64,000 nucleotides of DNA, taken from assembly GCF_009914755.1 (NCBI RefSeq), contig NC_060928.1; one strand, written 5' to 3'. Positions within the stretch are counted from its first letter, which is position 1. Each line of letters starts with the position of its first letter. This stretch comes from the human T2T-CHM13v2.0 reference genome, Homo sapiens. Positions 42,974-60,710 of this stretch are shown here, one piece after another. Under the pieces are notes generated by a model, which was not told where the DNA came from, searched no databases, and worked only from the letters and a program-made list of their open reading frames with translations. A program made the translations under genes and the position numbers.

Positions 42974-45900
42974 AAAAGTGGAATTAGTAAATTCTAATAA
43001 AGTAAAATATAGTTAACTAGTTAATAATTTAATCCATGCAAGTTGGGTCATGTACTTATTGAAAACTATATAAATCTATGCTATTTGTATAAAAATACAT
43101 ATACGCTAACAACATTTTATATATACATATATATCAATAGTATGTCAAACATTTTTACAAATGTTTTTGAAAAGTTCTGGAAGGCAAAGGAGATTTTAGT
43201 AATTGAATTGAGAGGGCATATAAGGTGGGGAAAATATAGATAAAATAAATATAGAAAATATATATTACAATTTCTAATAAGTCACAGAAAAAATGTGCTA
43301 TAATTAATTTTTGTGGAAGTTTGTGATGTAATAAAATGAAAGGAGAAATGTCAGTTAATTCTCTATCCACTGCCAACTGGCTTCCTGTGGAATGACAGAG
43401 TAAAAGAAGTCAGGCAATAATAATTTCAATCACCTCAAGATTGATTTACTTTCAATTACACGTTCAGTCTGGTGAAAGGTGTTATAATGGCAGCTCAAGT
43501 TTCCCAAAGTAAAGTAGAACACGAGAAGCAGTAATTTAAAGTGTTCCACAGGCAGGCCTCTATCTTGACCTACACAGTCACTGTGGACATTCAATTATTG
43601 AACTCCTCTTTTGTTTACAATAATGCTACTTAATTCAAATCTCATCTGTAGAGTGAAGGGTCCTTTATCTAATTTCCATCTACACCTTTAGTAGATAAAA
43701 CATACAGTGCATTGTCCTTCAGTTACAATAATATGACATTGGATCATCGTCTTTAAATGGCACTAAAAAATGTAAGGCATTTATGTAGAAGATACTACCA
43801 GTAACGAGTATGGCACTTTATCTCTTTACAAAGTACTTCTATGTTATTATCTCATTTGATATTTAAGAATAACAATATTATTATTAAAATTACTTAACAA
43901 TTGATTGATTTTTCTTTTATTTTGCCAAGCCCTATATACCTATATGTATCTCACCAGCAGTTTTCAATATTGGATCAGTAGCACCATGGGTGTCAGTAGG
44001 TTCTTACATCATTATACTTATTTTTTATTTTATTTCTTTTTATTAATAAACAATATGAACCTATTCTGAATTATCTGAATTTTCACCTTATCATTGAACA
44101 AGTTTCAGTTCCTGTTTTGGAATTTTGGTGTGCATTCACACTATTTACCAAGAGAAACGCTAAAATAACATTTAACATTAAACAAAATGTTATCAAACTG
44201 AAGCCCAAAGACTGAGACATCTGTAAATATATTCTTGGAAAGATGAATACTTGGGGCCCAGGCCTGCGTTTCAGAGAATGGAAGCTACTGAATCTTGTTC
44301 AAGTGGAAAATAATTTAGCACATAGTATTATGAAATGATGTGAAGAATCATCAGGAGGTCTAACAAAATATATTCTAATAGATGATTCCCAAAAATGTTA
44401 CAGAAATAAGCAGCTAAGAGAGCTGCTGCTACTATATCGTAGAACTGCCTAACTGAGTCAGCAAACTAACACTAAGGCTTCTGGCTCAAGAACCACATGA
44501 TCATGGCTAAAATACATGCCAGCACATGTGCAATTCATCTTTATTTGTCCAGTAGATATAGTGTTTATCATGAAGGAAATGTTCAATAAATATTTGTTGA
44601 ACAGATAGGTGGATATTCTTTCTCATCTGTTATATTGCTCTATGCATAAATTCTTACCCATGCTGTCTTTTGAGTCCATGTTGGCAAGTGCCCTCAACAG
44701 CAATTAAAAGAGAGTTAACTATGGCCATGGAAAAGAGCAAGGTATCAATACTGTTAGGTATATTGTTATAGAGTTTTGAATTATTTAATGTAATAAAATA
44801 TGATAAAGCAAAATCTCTAAAATCTCAGTGATTTATGAAAATAGCTGTATATTTTTTACAGACAACTGAACTTCATAGGCGGTGAGTGGAATGAGGACTT
44901 CTCTGCTCTATATCTTTATTCATGGATGAGAGGCTTTGGGAGCCATACATTGATCAATAAATCTTCTGCAGCCTGATTCAACATTCAGCTGGCAAATGGT
45001 GAAGGTGAAGGTGTTTATGGTCCAAGTCTCAAAGTTGTATACACCACTTCAGTCCACATCTCATTTGACAAGTGTAGTCATGTAGCTTTATCTGACTACA
45101 ATGGTGACAGGCAAGTAAAGCATACTCATTTATTGTATTTTCAGGAGGAATAGAAAATGAATTTTAACAGACACAGTTAATACTGTAATAGTGAAGATAA
45201 ATCATACTGTTAGGCTAATAAAAATTATGTCAAATTTTACTGTGGATATGCTATATGAAAGAAATTTGCAAATAATATAGATGAAAGACTTGATCTGTAA
45301 AAGTCATCATGAAAAGGCTTTAAATATCCCTCTATGACCACAATGTTGAGATTTAAAGCATCTTTGGGTGGCAAAATTTATCTATCATCTCCACACAAAC
45401 AAACCAAGATTTTTCACACTGTATTATCTAAATATTTTGTAGGAGAAGATTGTTCACACTATACGAAGTATCTACACATTTTCTAGAAGAAGAAAGCAAC
45501 AATTGCTATCTATTCCTCTATGAGGTATTTTTTGCCCCTTGGCAAATAGTGTACTCCCCTCCCTTAATCATCTGTGTTTTATAGGAGTGTCCTTTAACAC
45601 TAAGAAGAGTGATACTGAAACTAAGTTGGTGTATGTGAAATCCAAACGTAAAACATTAGATGAGAACTGTGAGAAGTTGAAATGTAAGGATCTATGGCAG
45701 ATAAAAACCTTTAGAAAGGAAACAAAATTCTATAGCTACTCTGCATATATGGAGTTTTCTTTCTTCTATACATTTTTTATTTTATTGAATGCTTCAAACT
45801 GAATAAAACTGTTTCTCACAATAGCTAACTTATACAGTAATTTTTAAAATGTCATGTGAAACATGGTATTAAAAAAGGAGAGATCAGATATAACATTCCC

Positions 45901-46796
45901 AAGACTACAACTTGAAGAAGAGAACCAGATTTTAGTCCATATTAAAAGAGGGTTGAAGGAAACACTTTTCGTTTAAACTATTGAGTCATCTGTCTTTATC
46001 CTAAAAGTAAAGAAAGTTCAGAAATCCCATAGACAAAATGTTAATTTTAAAGAAACTTTTAAAATAGTATTCTGCTTTTTAAAATATTTATTTTGTAATT
46101 TTTAAAAACTTGATCTTAGTTTTGACCTTCAGGAATATCTGACTTTCTTGCATTAGCAGTTAAGAATCAGAAATTTGAGTGATGTCAGCAAAATGGCAGA
46201 ACAGAAGATCCCACAGCGTAACTCCACTTACAAAAATACAACTAGAAACTATTCCAACACAAAAATACCACCCTGAGCTCACCAGAACTCAGGGGAGAAG
46301 CTAAGACATTCCCAGGGCCAACAGAACAGAGAAAAGCTGTGATCAGTAAGAAAAAGGTCATTTCAGACTATGCCACCTCCTCCTCCAAGCCAACATAACC
46401 GCTATCACAGAGGATTTTCCTAGACCCACAGTTTCTGAAGTAAAAGTAGGGAATTGGAGGTGGATGTTTAATGTTCCCACTGGTTTGGAAACCTTTACAA
46501 TAAGCCCATGCCAGTCCTGTCCCATGGGAAGCACTGAGATTGCCAGGAGGGCTGAACCACCTGAAATCAATGGCAGACAAATAATGGCATGCTGATTACA
46601 GCAAGTGGAGGATAAATTATGGGGGCTACTCTGCACTTTGATCAGCAGGGATGACATGTGAAGAGACTGGCCAAGACCCATATTGCTACAGAAGTCACAA
46701 TCTGAGGAAGGTCTGAATTCCTAGATGGATTTTCCACGAAGCCCAGATGCTCACATGGAGCCTTCTTCTGGCCTAGAATTAACCAAAAGTTCAGGA

Positions 46797-47115
46797 TTAA
46801 GTTCCAGTGCCTGCTTAAGTACTCTTCAGATTGGGAAACACCATCAGGCCATTAATCTAGTTCTGGGGCAAAGTTTAACTTCCAGTGCTCACTATGAGTC
46901 TTCATCAGACCAGAAAAAAGAAAAACAGAGCAGTATTTTAGTTCCAGAGTAGCATTTAAATTCTGATGGTCACTGTAAGTCTTCTCCAGACCAGGAAACA
47001 ATGGCAAAGTAATGAGTTAGTTCCAGTGCAGTGTTTTAGTTCTGGTGCTCACTATAAGTAATCCCCAGAATGTGAAGAAACAACAGGCCAGCATGTAAAT
47101 TTCAATTCCAAGCAG
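46797..47115 (+). repeat. Diverged ~80-bp tandem array (4 copies) in the L1 5' region
   Basis: Units start at about 46797, 46875, 46956 and 47035 and share TTAA.TTC...TGCTCACT.TAAGT...CAGA. Confidence 0.75.
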
Positions 47116-50033
47116 TAACGGTCCAACACCACCAAAAAACACCTGGAGAAACTGAAAGAGATAGCTTTTTACTCAAATAGGCAAGGATCAACATAAAGAC
47201 AAAAGGTTTGTAAAAACTCAGGGATATATGGCATCACCAAGAGAAACCAAAACACTCCAGCAATGGACCCAGAAAAACTGAAGATCTATAAAATGTCAGA
47301 CAGATAATTCAGAGTAATCTTCTTAAAGAAGTTCAGGTGACCACAAGAATATACAAATAGAAAACTATATGAAATTTGGAAAGTAAGAAGGAAAAAAGTG
47401 AGAAATTTGACAAAGTAATAGATACAATTAAAACAAATAGGAATTCCAGAAGTAGAAAATACAATAATTGAACCAAAAAGTTGAATAGGAAGCTTCATTA
47501 GCAGACTTGATGAAACAGAAAAAAAAAATAGCCAGCTTGAAAACAGAAAATATAAAATTACCCAATCAGAATGGCAAAAAGTAAAAAATAGAGATTGAAG
47601 AAGGATAAAAGGATTATGAGACACCATCAAGTGAACAAACCTCCACATAATAATTTCCCAAAGAGACAAGGGAGAAGGCCTATGAAGCCTATTTAAGAAA
47701 ACAGTGGCTTAAAATTTCTTAAGTGTAGAGAAAGATGACACCATCCAGGTACAGGAAGCTCAGAGTTCATCAAATTCAGCACTCCCCACCACACACACAT
47801 ACACACACAAGACATTTCCAAGGCTCATGATAATCAAATTAGCAAAAATCAAAGGCAAAGAAAGAATACTCAAAGCAGCAAGAGAAAGTAAATATACCGC
47901 ATTCAATGGAACTCCAATACAGCTTTCAGTAGATTTCTCAGCAGAAATTTTGGAAGACCAGAAGAAAGTGGGATGCTCTACTCAAAGTGCTAAAGGAACA
48001 ACAAAAGCCAAAAACAAACAAAAAACCTGCTAAGAATACTGTACTCAGCAAAGCTGTCCTTCAAACATGAAAGAGAGATAAAGATGTTCCCCAACAAACA
48101 AAAGCTGAGGAAATTCATCAACACCAGACCTGCTTTCCAATAAATGTTGAAACGAATTATTTAATCTAAAAAAAGTGAATGCTAATGTGTAACAAAATAG
48201 AATCTGAAGGTATTAAACTCACTAGTATAAAAAAAGGAAATCATAAAAATTAAGAATACTCCACTACTCTAATGGGGTTATTAAACTACCTATATCTTAG
48301 GTATGTTAAAAGAAAAAAGCAAAACTGTTAAAAACTGTAAAAACAATTGGATAAGACATAGGCAATATAAAAAGATATAAACTGAAACATTGAAAAGCCA
48401 ATATGTGAGGAGTGATAATGTTATAGTTTGTTTCTGTTACTTTTCTTTGTGACCAAATTTAAGTCATTATCAGTTTAAAATAACCTGTTATATTTTTTGT
48501 GAGCCACATGGTAACAACAAAGCAAAAACCTATAATAGATGTATTAAAAATAAATAGTAGGGAATCAAAACATATTTCTATGGAGAAATCACTTAATCAC
48601 AAAGGAAGACAGTAAGAAAGGAACAAAAGAAGATAAGATCTACAAAACGACCAGATAACAGGTAACCTATCTTTTAATAAACTTTTACCTATCAATACTA
48701 ATCTTGATTGTAAATGGATTACATTCTCCAATTAAAAGACATAGAGTACATGAATGGATTTTTTTTAAAAGCCCAAACTATATGCTGTCTACATGAAACT
48801 CACTTCACCTATAAAGACATACAGACTGAAAGTGAAAGGATAGTAAAAGCTATTCCATTTAAATGGAAACAGAAAAGGTGTAGGAATATCTATATTTATA
48901 TCAGATAAACGAGACTTTATATCAAGAACAAGAAAAGACAAACAAGACCATTATATAATAATAAAGGTGCCAATGCAGCAAAAGGATATAACAATTGTAA
49001 ATATATATGCAACAAACACTGGAACACCCAAATATATAAAACAAATATTAATAGGCCTAAAGGGAGAGATTGCCTGCAATACAATAATAGTAGTGGATTT
49101 CAACACCCCCACTTTCAGCAATGAACAGATTATCCAGACGACCAAGAAATATCAGAGTTAAATGGCACTCAACAAAATAGACCTAACAGACACTTAGAGA
49201 ACATCTCATCCAACAGCTGCAAAATACAAATTTTCTCAACAGCATATGGAACATTTTTCAGGATAGACCATATATTATTAGGTCACAGAACAACTCAACA
49301 AACTTTAAGAAATAAAAATTACATCAAGTATCTTTTCCGACCACAATGCAATGAAGCTGGAAATACATAACAGTAGGAAAATTTAAAACTAAAAAAAAAA
49401 AAAAATAGAAATTAAACCACACGCTCCTGAACAACAAATGGGTCAATAAAGAAATTAAAAAGGAAACTTTCCTTGAGACAGATGAAAATGGAAGCACAAT
49501 ATTCCAAAACCTATGGAATACTGCAAAAGCAGTTTTAAGAGGGAAGTTTATAGCAATAAAAGCCTACATCAAAAAAATAAAAAATTAAAATAAATAGAAC
49601 TATTTCTAGTTGCTCAAAGAACTAGAAAAGCAAAAACAAAACCCAAAACAAATAAAAGGAAAGAAATAATGAAGATCAGAGCCAAAATAAATAAAATTGA
49701 GACCAAAAAAAATAAAAGATGAACGAAAGGAATAGGTGGGTTTGAAAACATAAAACTGACAAACATTTAGCTAGACTAAGAGAGAAGACCCAAATAAAAT
49801 CAGAGATGAAGAAGACATTACAAGTGATACAGAAATACAAAGGATCATTAGAGACAATTATGAATAAGTATACACCAACAAATTAGATAGCTTATAAGAA
49901 ATGGATAAATTTCTGAACATATGGAATTCAAGATTGAACTACAAAGAAATAGAAAACCTGAACAGACCAACAATGAATAATTGAGTAATGAGATCAAAGA
50001 AATAATAAAAGTCTCTCATCAAATTAAAGCTTA

Positions 50034-50360
<327 letters not shown>

Positions 50361-51215
50361 TTAGGGCTTCAGACTTCACTGTTGAATTCCACCAAATATT
50401 TCAAGAAGAACTAATACCAATTCTACTCAAACTATTGAAAAAAACTAAAGAGAAAGGACTATTACAAACTCATTCTATGAGGTCAGTATAATGCTGATAC
50501 CAAGACTAGACAAGGATACGACACACAAAAGAAATTACAGACCAATATCTCTCATGGACATAAATGCAAAAATCCTCCACCAAATACTAGCAAAGCAAAT
50601 ATAACAGGGGATAAAAAATCATTTATCTTGATCAAGTAGAATTTATCCCAAGGATGCAAGGATGACTCAGCATATGCAAATTAATAAACATAACACATCA
50701 CATTAACAGAATCAAGAATAAAAACCACATGATAATTTAAATAGATGCTGAAAAAATTGTTAAAATTTAACATACTTATGATAAATACTGTCAACAAACT
50801 GGGTATAGAAGGAACATAACTCAAAACAATAAAGACCACAGCCAACATCAAACTGAATGTGGAAAAATGCAAAGCCTTTCCTCTAAGATTTAGAACAGGA
50901 CAAAAATATCCACTTTCACCACATTTATTCAACATGGTACTGGAAGATCCAGTCAGAGCAATTAGGCAAGGAGAAGATAAAGGGCATCCAAATTATCCTT
51001 CTTTGCAGGTGACATGATCCTATACTTACAAAAACTAAAAGACTCTACCAAAAACTGTTAGAACTGATAAATGAATTCAGTAAAATTTCAGGATACAAAA
51101 TCAACATACAAAAATCAGCAGCATTTCTATGTGTCAATAGAAAACAATCTGAGAAAGAAATCAAGAAAATAGTCCCATTTGTAATGGCTACAAAACCATT
51201 TAAATACCTAGGAAT

Positions 51216-51477
51216 TTTGCTAACTTTTAGGTTCAGGGGTACCTGTGAAGGTTTGTTATACAGGTAAAATCATCCCATGGGAGTTTGTTGTACAGATTAT
51301 TTCATCACCCAGGTACTAAGCCTAGTACCCAACAATTATTGTTTCTGATCCTCTCCCTACCCCCTCCCTCCACCCTCAGGCAGGCCCCAGCATCTGTTGT
51401 TCCCCTCTCTGTGTCCATGTGTTCTCATCATTTAGCTCCCACTTGTAAGTGAAAATATGTGGTATTTGGTTTTCTGT
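51216..51477 (-). mobile_element. Short L1PA13-16-like 3' end inserted antisense in the old L1
   Basis: GGTTCAGGGGTAC, TGTACAGATTATTTCATCACCCAGGTACTAAGCCTAGTACCC; probable TSD TA(G/A)GAAT at 51209-51215 and 51478-51484. Confidence 0.88.
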
Positions 51478-54400
51478 TAAGAATATATTTAACCAAAGAA
51501 GTAAAAGATCTCTGTAATAAAAACTATAAAACACTGATGAAAGAAATTGAATAGGACACACAAAAAATTGAAGATAATTTACGCTTATGAATTGGAAGAA
51601 TTAATATTGTTAAAATGTCCATACTACCGAAAGTGCTATGTACTGCAATCCCTATCAAAATTCCAGTGACATTTTTTCTCAGAAATAGAAAAAAAAAAAC
51701 AACTAAAAATTGTATGGAACCTCAAAAGACCCCAAATAGTCAAAGCAATCTGGAGCAGAAAGAACAGAGCTGGAAGCATCACACTACAAAATTTCAAATA
51801 TACTACAAAGCTATAGTAACAAATACAGCATGATTCAGGCATAAAGACACACACATAGACCCATGGAACAAAATATAGAATCTGGAAATAAATCTATGCA
51901 TTTACAGACAACTCATTTTTGACGAAGGTGCCAACAAATACAATAGGGAAAGGACACTCTCTTCAATTAATGGTAATGGGAGAACTGACTATCCATACAG
52001 AGAAGAATGAAACTAGACCTACATCCCTCACCATATACAAAAGTGAACTCAAAATGGATTAAAGACTTAAATGCAATACTTGAAATGAAAATAGTTGAAG
52101 AAAACACAGAGGAAATGTGTTAGGACACAGGTCTGAGCAAATATTTTGGGATAAGACCTCGAAAGCACAGGCATCAAAACCAAAATAGGATTTTATTAAG
52201 CTAAAAACTTTCTGCACAGCAAAGAAAATAATCACGGTGAAAGTACAACCTATTGAATAGGATAAAATATCTGCAAACTATCCATCTAAGGACAGATTGA
52301 TAACCAGAATATATAAGGAACTCAAATAACTCAATAGCAAAAATCACAAATCATCCTACTAAAAATGGACAAATGATCTGAAAAATCATTTCACAAAAGA
52401 TGACATATAAATGGACAACAGGTATATGAAGAAAATGCTCAACATAACTAATCATCAGGGAAATAAAAATCAAAACAACAATAATATATTATCTCACCTC
52501 AGTTAGAATGACTATTTCAAAAAGAAAAAGCTAACAAATGCTGGTGAAGATGGGAAGAAAGGGGAACACTAGCATGCTTCTGGTGGAAATGTAAATTAAT
52601 ATAGCCATATGGAAAATAGTATAAAGGTTCCTCAAACAACTAAAAATAAGTAAGCCATATGATTCAGTAATCCCACTGCTGAGTATATATCCTCAAGAAA
52701 GGAAATCAGTATATAGAATATATATCTGCACTCATGTTTATTGTAGCACCGTTCACAATAGCCAAGATATGAAAGTAACGTGTGTCCATCAATGAATGAA
52801 TACTTAAGAAAAATGTGGTATATATATGCAATGGAATAATATTGAGCCATGAAAAAGAAGGAAATTCTGTCATTTGCAGCAACACGGTTGGGAGAGGGTA
52901 GCATAATGGTTACCAGAGGCAGGGAAGAAGAGAGGGGAGCATGAGAGAAAAGAAGGTGGTTAATGGGTACAAAAATACAATTAAATAAAAGGAATAAAGT
53001 TCTAGTTTTCTAGTCATCATAGGGTGGTTATGATTAACAATAACTTATTATATATTTCAAAATAGCTAAAAAAGAAAATTTGGAATATTCCAACACAAAG
53101 ATATAATAAGTAGTTGAGCTGATAGATATTTCAATTGCCCTGATTTAATCATTACACAGTATGGGCATGTATTAAAATACAAACAGTAACTCCCAAAAAA
53201 GTATAATTGTTTGGTACCAATAAAACTAATGGAAGAAAAAAATGGTAATATGATTCTCATAACATAAATTTGGTTTTATAGCATCTTAAACTTATATTGA
53301 CAATGTTTTTCACTTTTATAATAGTTCTTTTATAAAGGTCTCCCTCATTTTTCTATATGCTTATTGAATAAAGTAACATTTCTCATTTATCCTTTCACAA
53401 ATCAGATATATAATATGTGCTGTTGATGTGATTTATGTATACATTTATACATTTTGCCCATATACAAGAATATTGTCAGGAAAATCATAAAACATTAGTG
53501 GATCCACAAATTATATGATTTTTTCAAAGAAATTATTCTCAGGATTTCCACTAAATTCTTTTGGAGTTATGTATTATTCTTTAATCAACAGCATGTCATG
53601 TATAATATATAAGAACCATTAACATTTTAATTGTCATTGGCACAGTTATATTCAAGTATTAATAAGTGACTAACACAAAGGAATTTTGCTCTGCTTAAGA
53701 GGATTTCCACTCCACATACTTGGCGTTTCATTGAGCTTCCCTAAGATGTTAATGTATGTATATATTAGTGGTACTGACTTGACATGATTATTTTTCATTT
53801 AGCCAATGTTTTTAAAACAATCGTCTACTATTGGCTTTTCAATGTTCTAGGATATAGCAGTAACAGAAGACTGACAAGGAGTCTGCTTTCATTGATCTTA
53901 TTAAATTCTAATGGCAATACTAGACAGTAAGAGTGAAAATAAACAAATAAATGAAATAAAGCATATAGTGATAAGTGTATAGAGAAAATAAAACATAAAT
54001 GTGATAGAGGTTGACTGTGGCAGTATACAACATAACACAGAGGAGTCAGGAAAGATCACTCATGAGGTGACATTTGTGCTAAGATATTAGTGACAAAGTT
54101 GTCAGCCACGTGAAAATCTAGAGGAATGGCTCTCCAGGGAAAAGCAAATGTAGAGACTGCGATGACAGAATGAGTTTGTTTTATTTGCAGAACTGAAAGG
54201 GAGTAGGGCTAGAAAATTAAATGGATGGAAAAGAGCTAGAAGAGATAGTAAAGGAAGCAAGGGCCCTGTCTTTAGTAGTAATTTCCTGGTCTCTTGTGCT
54301 AGGTTGTATTATTCAAAAAAAGCAGCTATCTGGAACTAATGGTGTATGAATATTACTAGGAGACTACCTATGAGTTATTTTTATTAATTTTTGCAATTTT

Positions 54401-54537
54401 CCTCAAATATAGCTATAATATATATTCCTTGTAGAAATTTTGGTAAATAGAGAAACTTATGAAAATAAAATCCCAAACCTACAAGTAACCATTATGAGAA
54501 TTTTTCTTTAATGCCTACTTTTCGTAGGTGTTTAGAC

Positions 54538-54875
54538 CAGAGGTGAGCAAATTCTTTCTGTAAAGGCCTAAATAATAAATGTTTTAGGCTTTATGATTCA
54601 TATAATCTCTGTCTGGACTACTCGGCTCTGCTTTGTACCTTGTTATTAGCCATAAGTAATATGTAAATGAGGAGTCTTGGCTGTGTTTCCAGTAAGACTT
54701 TATTTATAGATACTGAAATCTGAATTTCATTTAATTTTAATGTACCATGGAATATTATTATTTTGATATATTTCAGCCATTTAAAGATTTTAAAGATCAT
54801 TCTTAGCTAGTGAGTTGTACAAATACAGGCAGCAGGCCAGATTTCACCAGGGCCATACCTGTTTCAGACACTTCT
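54538..54875. mobile_element. hAT-Charlie MITE, MER58B-like
   Basis: GCAAA...TTTCTGTAAAGGCC...TAAATGTTTTAGGCTTT start; TGGCTGTGTTTCCAGTAA; GGCAGCAGGCCAGATTT near the end. Confidence 0.8.
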
Positions 54876-57399
<2,524 letters not shown>

Positions 57400-57424
57400 T
57401 TCAGACACTTCTAATTCTCACTAA

Positions 57425-57725
57425 CATTTGTCTTATTCCAGGCACAAGAAAAGATAATTTTCTACCACTTTTGCAGTTATCCAGAACCATATGGCTAGTT
57501 GAGATTACTGGTTCAAGACATTAAAGAGAGGGAGTGAACCCTGTAGTCTCAGGTTGAGCTGGCAGGGACATGGCGTGGAAGCAGACTGAGGCCCTGAGCC
57601 ACCATTTGGCACGGAGCGCTGCTGAATCCACAGTATAGTTTGCATGAACAATAAGTGAATCTTTATTTTTAAGCCTCTGAAATTTTGATGTTTGTTACTG
57701 AGGAGAACCTACTTTTACTAATACA
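57425..57725 (+). mobile_element. Old MLT1-type MaLR LTR relic
   Basis: 3' signature AAGCCTCTGAAATTTTG...TTTGTTACTG...ACTAATACA. Confidence 0.6.
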
Positions 57726-58559
57726 ATATTTGTATTTGGTATTTACCCTTAATAATATATTCTGAAAATCATTCTTGGAAATGGCATCTTTATGACAATA
57801 TAACTTTTCATTCTATAAGGATCCACTATAATGTATTTAACCAATGATGTAATTAGTTTTCAGATGAGTTATTCTCCAATTTTGTTCTATATAAGTTCAG
57901 CTGTATGAAAATATTGGAAACATCAATATTTTATTTTCATCTATGTATTATGAATTCTGGAAATGTAGTCATTGGGATAAAGTGTTAAATACTTTAAGGA
58001 TTATTGATGTGTATTCCCTATTTATCCTAAAATTTGTGACATTTGAAACTCTTGCTGGCCATACATGTTCCAAAACCATTTCATTAACATTAGTCACTAT
58101 TTTTTTAACTTTGTTTGATGTGATATGGAAAATGATACTTTTTTGTAATTATTTGCATTTTTTACCTAGTAAGGTTGAATATTTTTTACATTTTTCTTGG
58201 CCTCTTGAATTTCCCTTTTTAAATTAGTATTTTGTTTACATACTTCACTCATTCTTTTATTAGCATATTCATCTATTACTTCCTTGTTGATAAAATTATC
58301 TTTTTAAAAAAATTATGAATGTCCTTTATTTACCCTTTGCCCTATCTGCTGCATTTACTATTCTAGATTTCGTTTGGCTGTTATTTTGCTTACTGTGTTA
58401 TACTTTTTCCACATATGTAGATTTTTAAACTTGTTTTAAGTCTATCTTTCTTTTCCTTATGATTACTTCCATTTGCACAGTATTCTTTCCCATCTCAAGA
58501 CAGATTCATATTTGCTAATCTTTTACTTTTGTTCTTTTATCAGCATATTTTTGGTATTT

Positions 58560-59020
58560 CTAGTAGGCAGAATTATGGCCTCCCAAATGTGTCTGCATCT
58601 TAATTCACAGGATCTATGAATATGATACCTCACCTGACAAAGGATACTTTGCGGATGTGAATAAATTAAGGATATTAAAATGGGGAAATTATCCTGGATT
58701 ATCAACATGTGTCTAATGTAATTATAGGTGTCCCTATAAGAGGGAGGTAGAAGGTTCAAACTCAGATAAAGAGATGTGATGGTGGAAGAAGAGGCGAGCA
58801 TGATGCAACCACTAGCCAAGGCATTCAAGCAGCCTCTAGAAGCTGGAAAAAGCAAGGTTCAGGGCCTTCAGAAGGAATGTAGCTCTGCCAACACCTTGAA
58901 TGGCCTTGTAAGACCCATTTTGAACTTATAACATTCAGAACTATAAGATAATAAATTTGTGTCGTTTTAAGCCACTAAGTATGTGGTACTTAGTTACAGC
59001 AGCAATAGGAAATTAATACT
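58560..59020 (+). mobile_element. MLT1D-like solo LTR
   Basis: GTAGGCAGAATTATGGCC..., ATTATCCTGGATTATC, CCTCTAGAAGCTGGAAAA, TTTAAGCCACTAAG, CAGCAATAGGAAATTAATAC. Confidence 0.9.
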
Positions 59021-59340
59021 ATTTAATCCCCTTGGAAATTATTTTTTTAGATGTAAAATGAGATTTATTTTTATAAGAGCTAGAAAAATAACCAATAAGC
59101 TTATAATAGCATATAGCATCTGGAGAACGAAAAACATCCTAAGAAGCCTTGAGTGACTTGTGAAGGGTATAATTTTAGTAATAATAATGATAAAAATTTT
59201 GAGGTTCTGGGATATCTATACCCAGCAGCCCAGTTAGTCTGGTTTATGCACTTTAAATGTAGTAATATTTAATAGAGAAAAAGAAAAGATACTTAGGTGA
59301 CCCCAGCCAGTTAAGTTCAAATCCATTTCAAGATAAAGTA

Positions 59341-59674
59341 CAGTCATGTGTTGCTTAATGACAGGAATATGTTCAGAGAAATGCCTCATTAGCCAATTTC
59401 ATCATTGTGCAAACATCACAATGTGCACTTACACAAACCTAGATTGTATAGCCTACTTCACCTGTAGGGATAGCCTATTGCTCCTAGGCTACAAACCTGG
59501 ACAGCATGTTAATTGTACTAAATATGATTTACAATTTTTACAATTTAAGTATTTGTATATATAAACACATCTAAACATAGACAGGGTGCAGTAAAATTAT
59601 GGCATTATCTTACAGGACCACCATCATAAAGGAGGTCCATAATGACTGAAACGTCATTATGCAGTGCATGACTG
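59341..59674. mobile_element. Tc1/mariner Tigger3a (MER7A)-like MITE
   Basis: Inverted termini CAGTCATGTGTTGCTTAATGAC and GTCATTATGCAGTGCATGACTG, flanked by TA on both sides (59339-59340, 59675-59676). Confidence 0.92.
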
Positions 59675-60079
59675 TACTCTCAACTGAGGCCATTATGGGG
59701 GTAACCTGGTTGTCTAGAATTCTTTCACCATCCTTCTGTTTGACTGCCAGCTATGTATCTCTATCAAAGGTTAACTATAAAAGGATCTAGAAGTATCAGG
59801 CAAAAACATTCAGGCAATACTATAAGTACATTTTAAAGCCCAATTTTATTATTTTATTATATCTGAAGACAATATTGGAAATTAAAGAGGTTACTGCTAT
59901 TGTCTTAATGTCTATAAATTTCAACTATCCTGACTATTTGAACATGGTATTTTTACATTCTATTTCATGCTTCTTGTGTGTGTGTGTGTGCCCATTCCTC
60001 TCTTGCTATGGTCCCCAGTAAAAGGAAATATTCTTCCTCAGCAAGAGAACTTGTGTGCAGTGGACAAGTGGATCTCTCT

Positions 60080-60710
60080 AATTGAAGTGCCTGGTTTGAA
60101 CCTTCCTCCATTACTTAATCAACCTGTGACTCTAAGAATTGTACTTATCATCTCTTAGCCTTGATTTCCTCTTCTATAAAACAGAGATAATAATGGGACC
60201 TATGTTATAAGAATACTTTGAGACTTAAACTACATAATAAGTGTAAAATATTTGAACAATGTCAAATGCAATGACCACACCCATTTAACTTTGATTATTT
60301 ATTCTTTTCTCTTCATGCCTATTTCACATCTTATCTACACAATCTACGCTTCAATGCCCAAAGTAATGATAATTCAAAACTTATTTCCAGCCACCACATA
60401 TCACCATGCTCTTTCCATTCCTGGATGTCTATAGATTCCATATTAAAAAGCAAATTTTTTATCTCATTGGATTCATAATAACTGTTAAATTTTTAATTTA
60501 AATTATTTACATATTTTGCTCAACAAATATATGTGCAATAATTTTTGTGTTATCTCTGGATATCTGCTGCTCTGTTTTTTCATATGTAGAGTAGGAATAC
60601 CAATAGTATTACTAGACTTATTGTGAAAAGTAAATGAGTTTATGTGTATAAAATCCTTGGAAGAATACCTGACACATAGGAAGTGCTAAATAAATATTAG
60701 TTTTTACTAG
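60080..60710 (+). mobile_element. Two MIR fragments (~60080-60260 and ~60570-60710)
   Basis: TTTCCTCTTCTATAAAAC...GATAATAAT core; CCTGACACATAGGAAGTGCTAAATAAAT 3' end. Confidence 0.6.

Noticed and set aside
46797-47115. CRISPR-like repeat-spacer array
   Set aside because: The whole units are homologous and diverged, there are no unique spacers, and the array lies within a mammalian L1 5' region.
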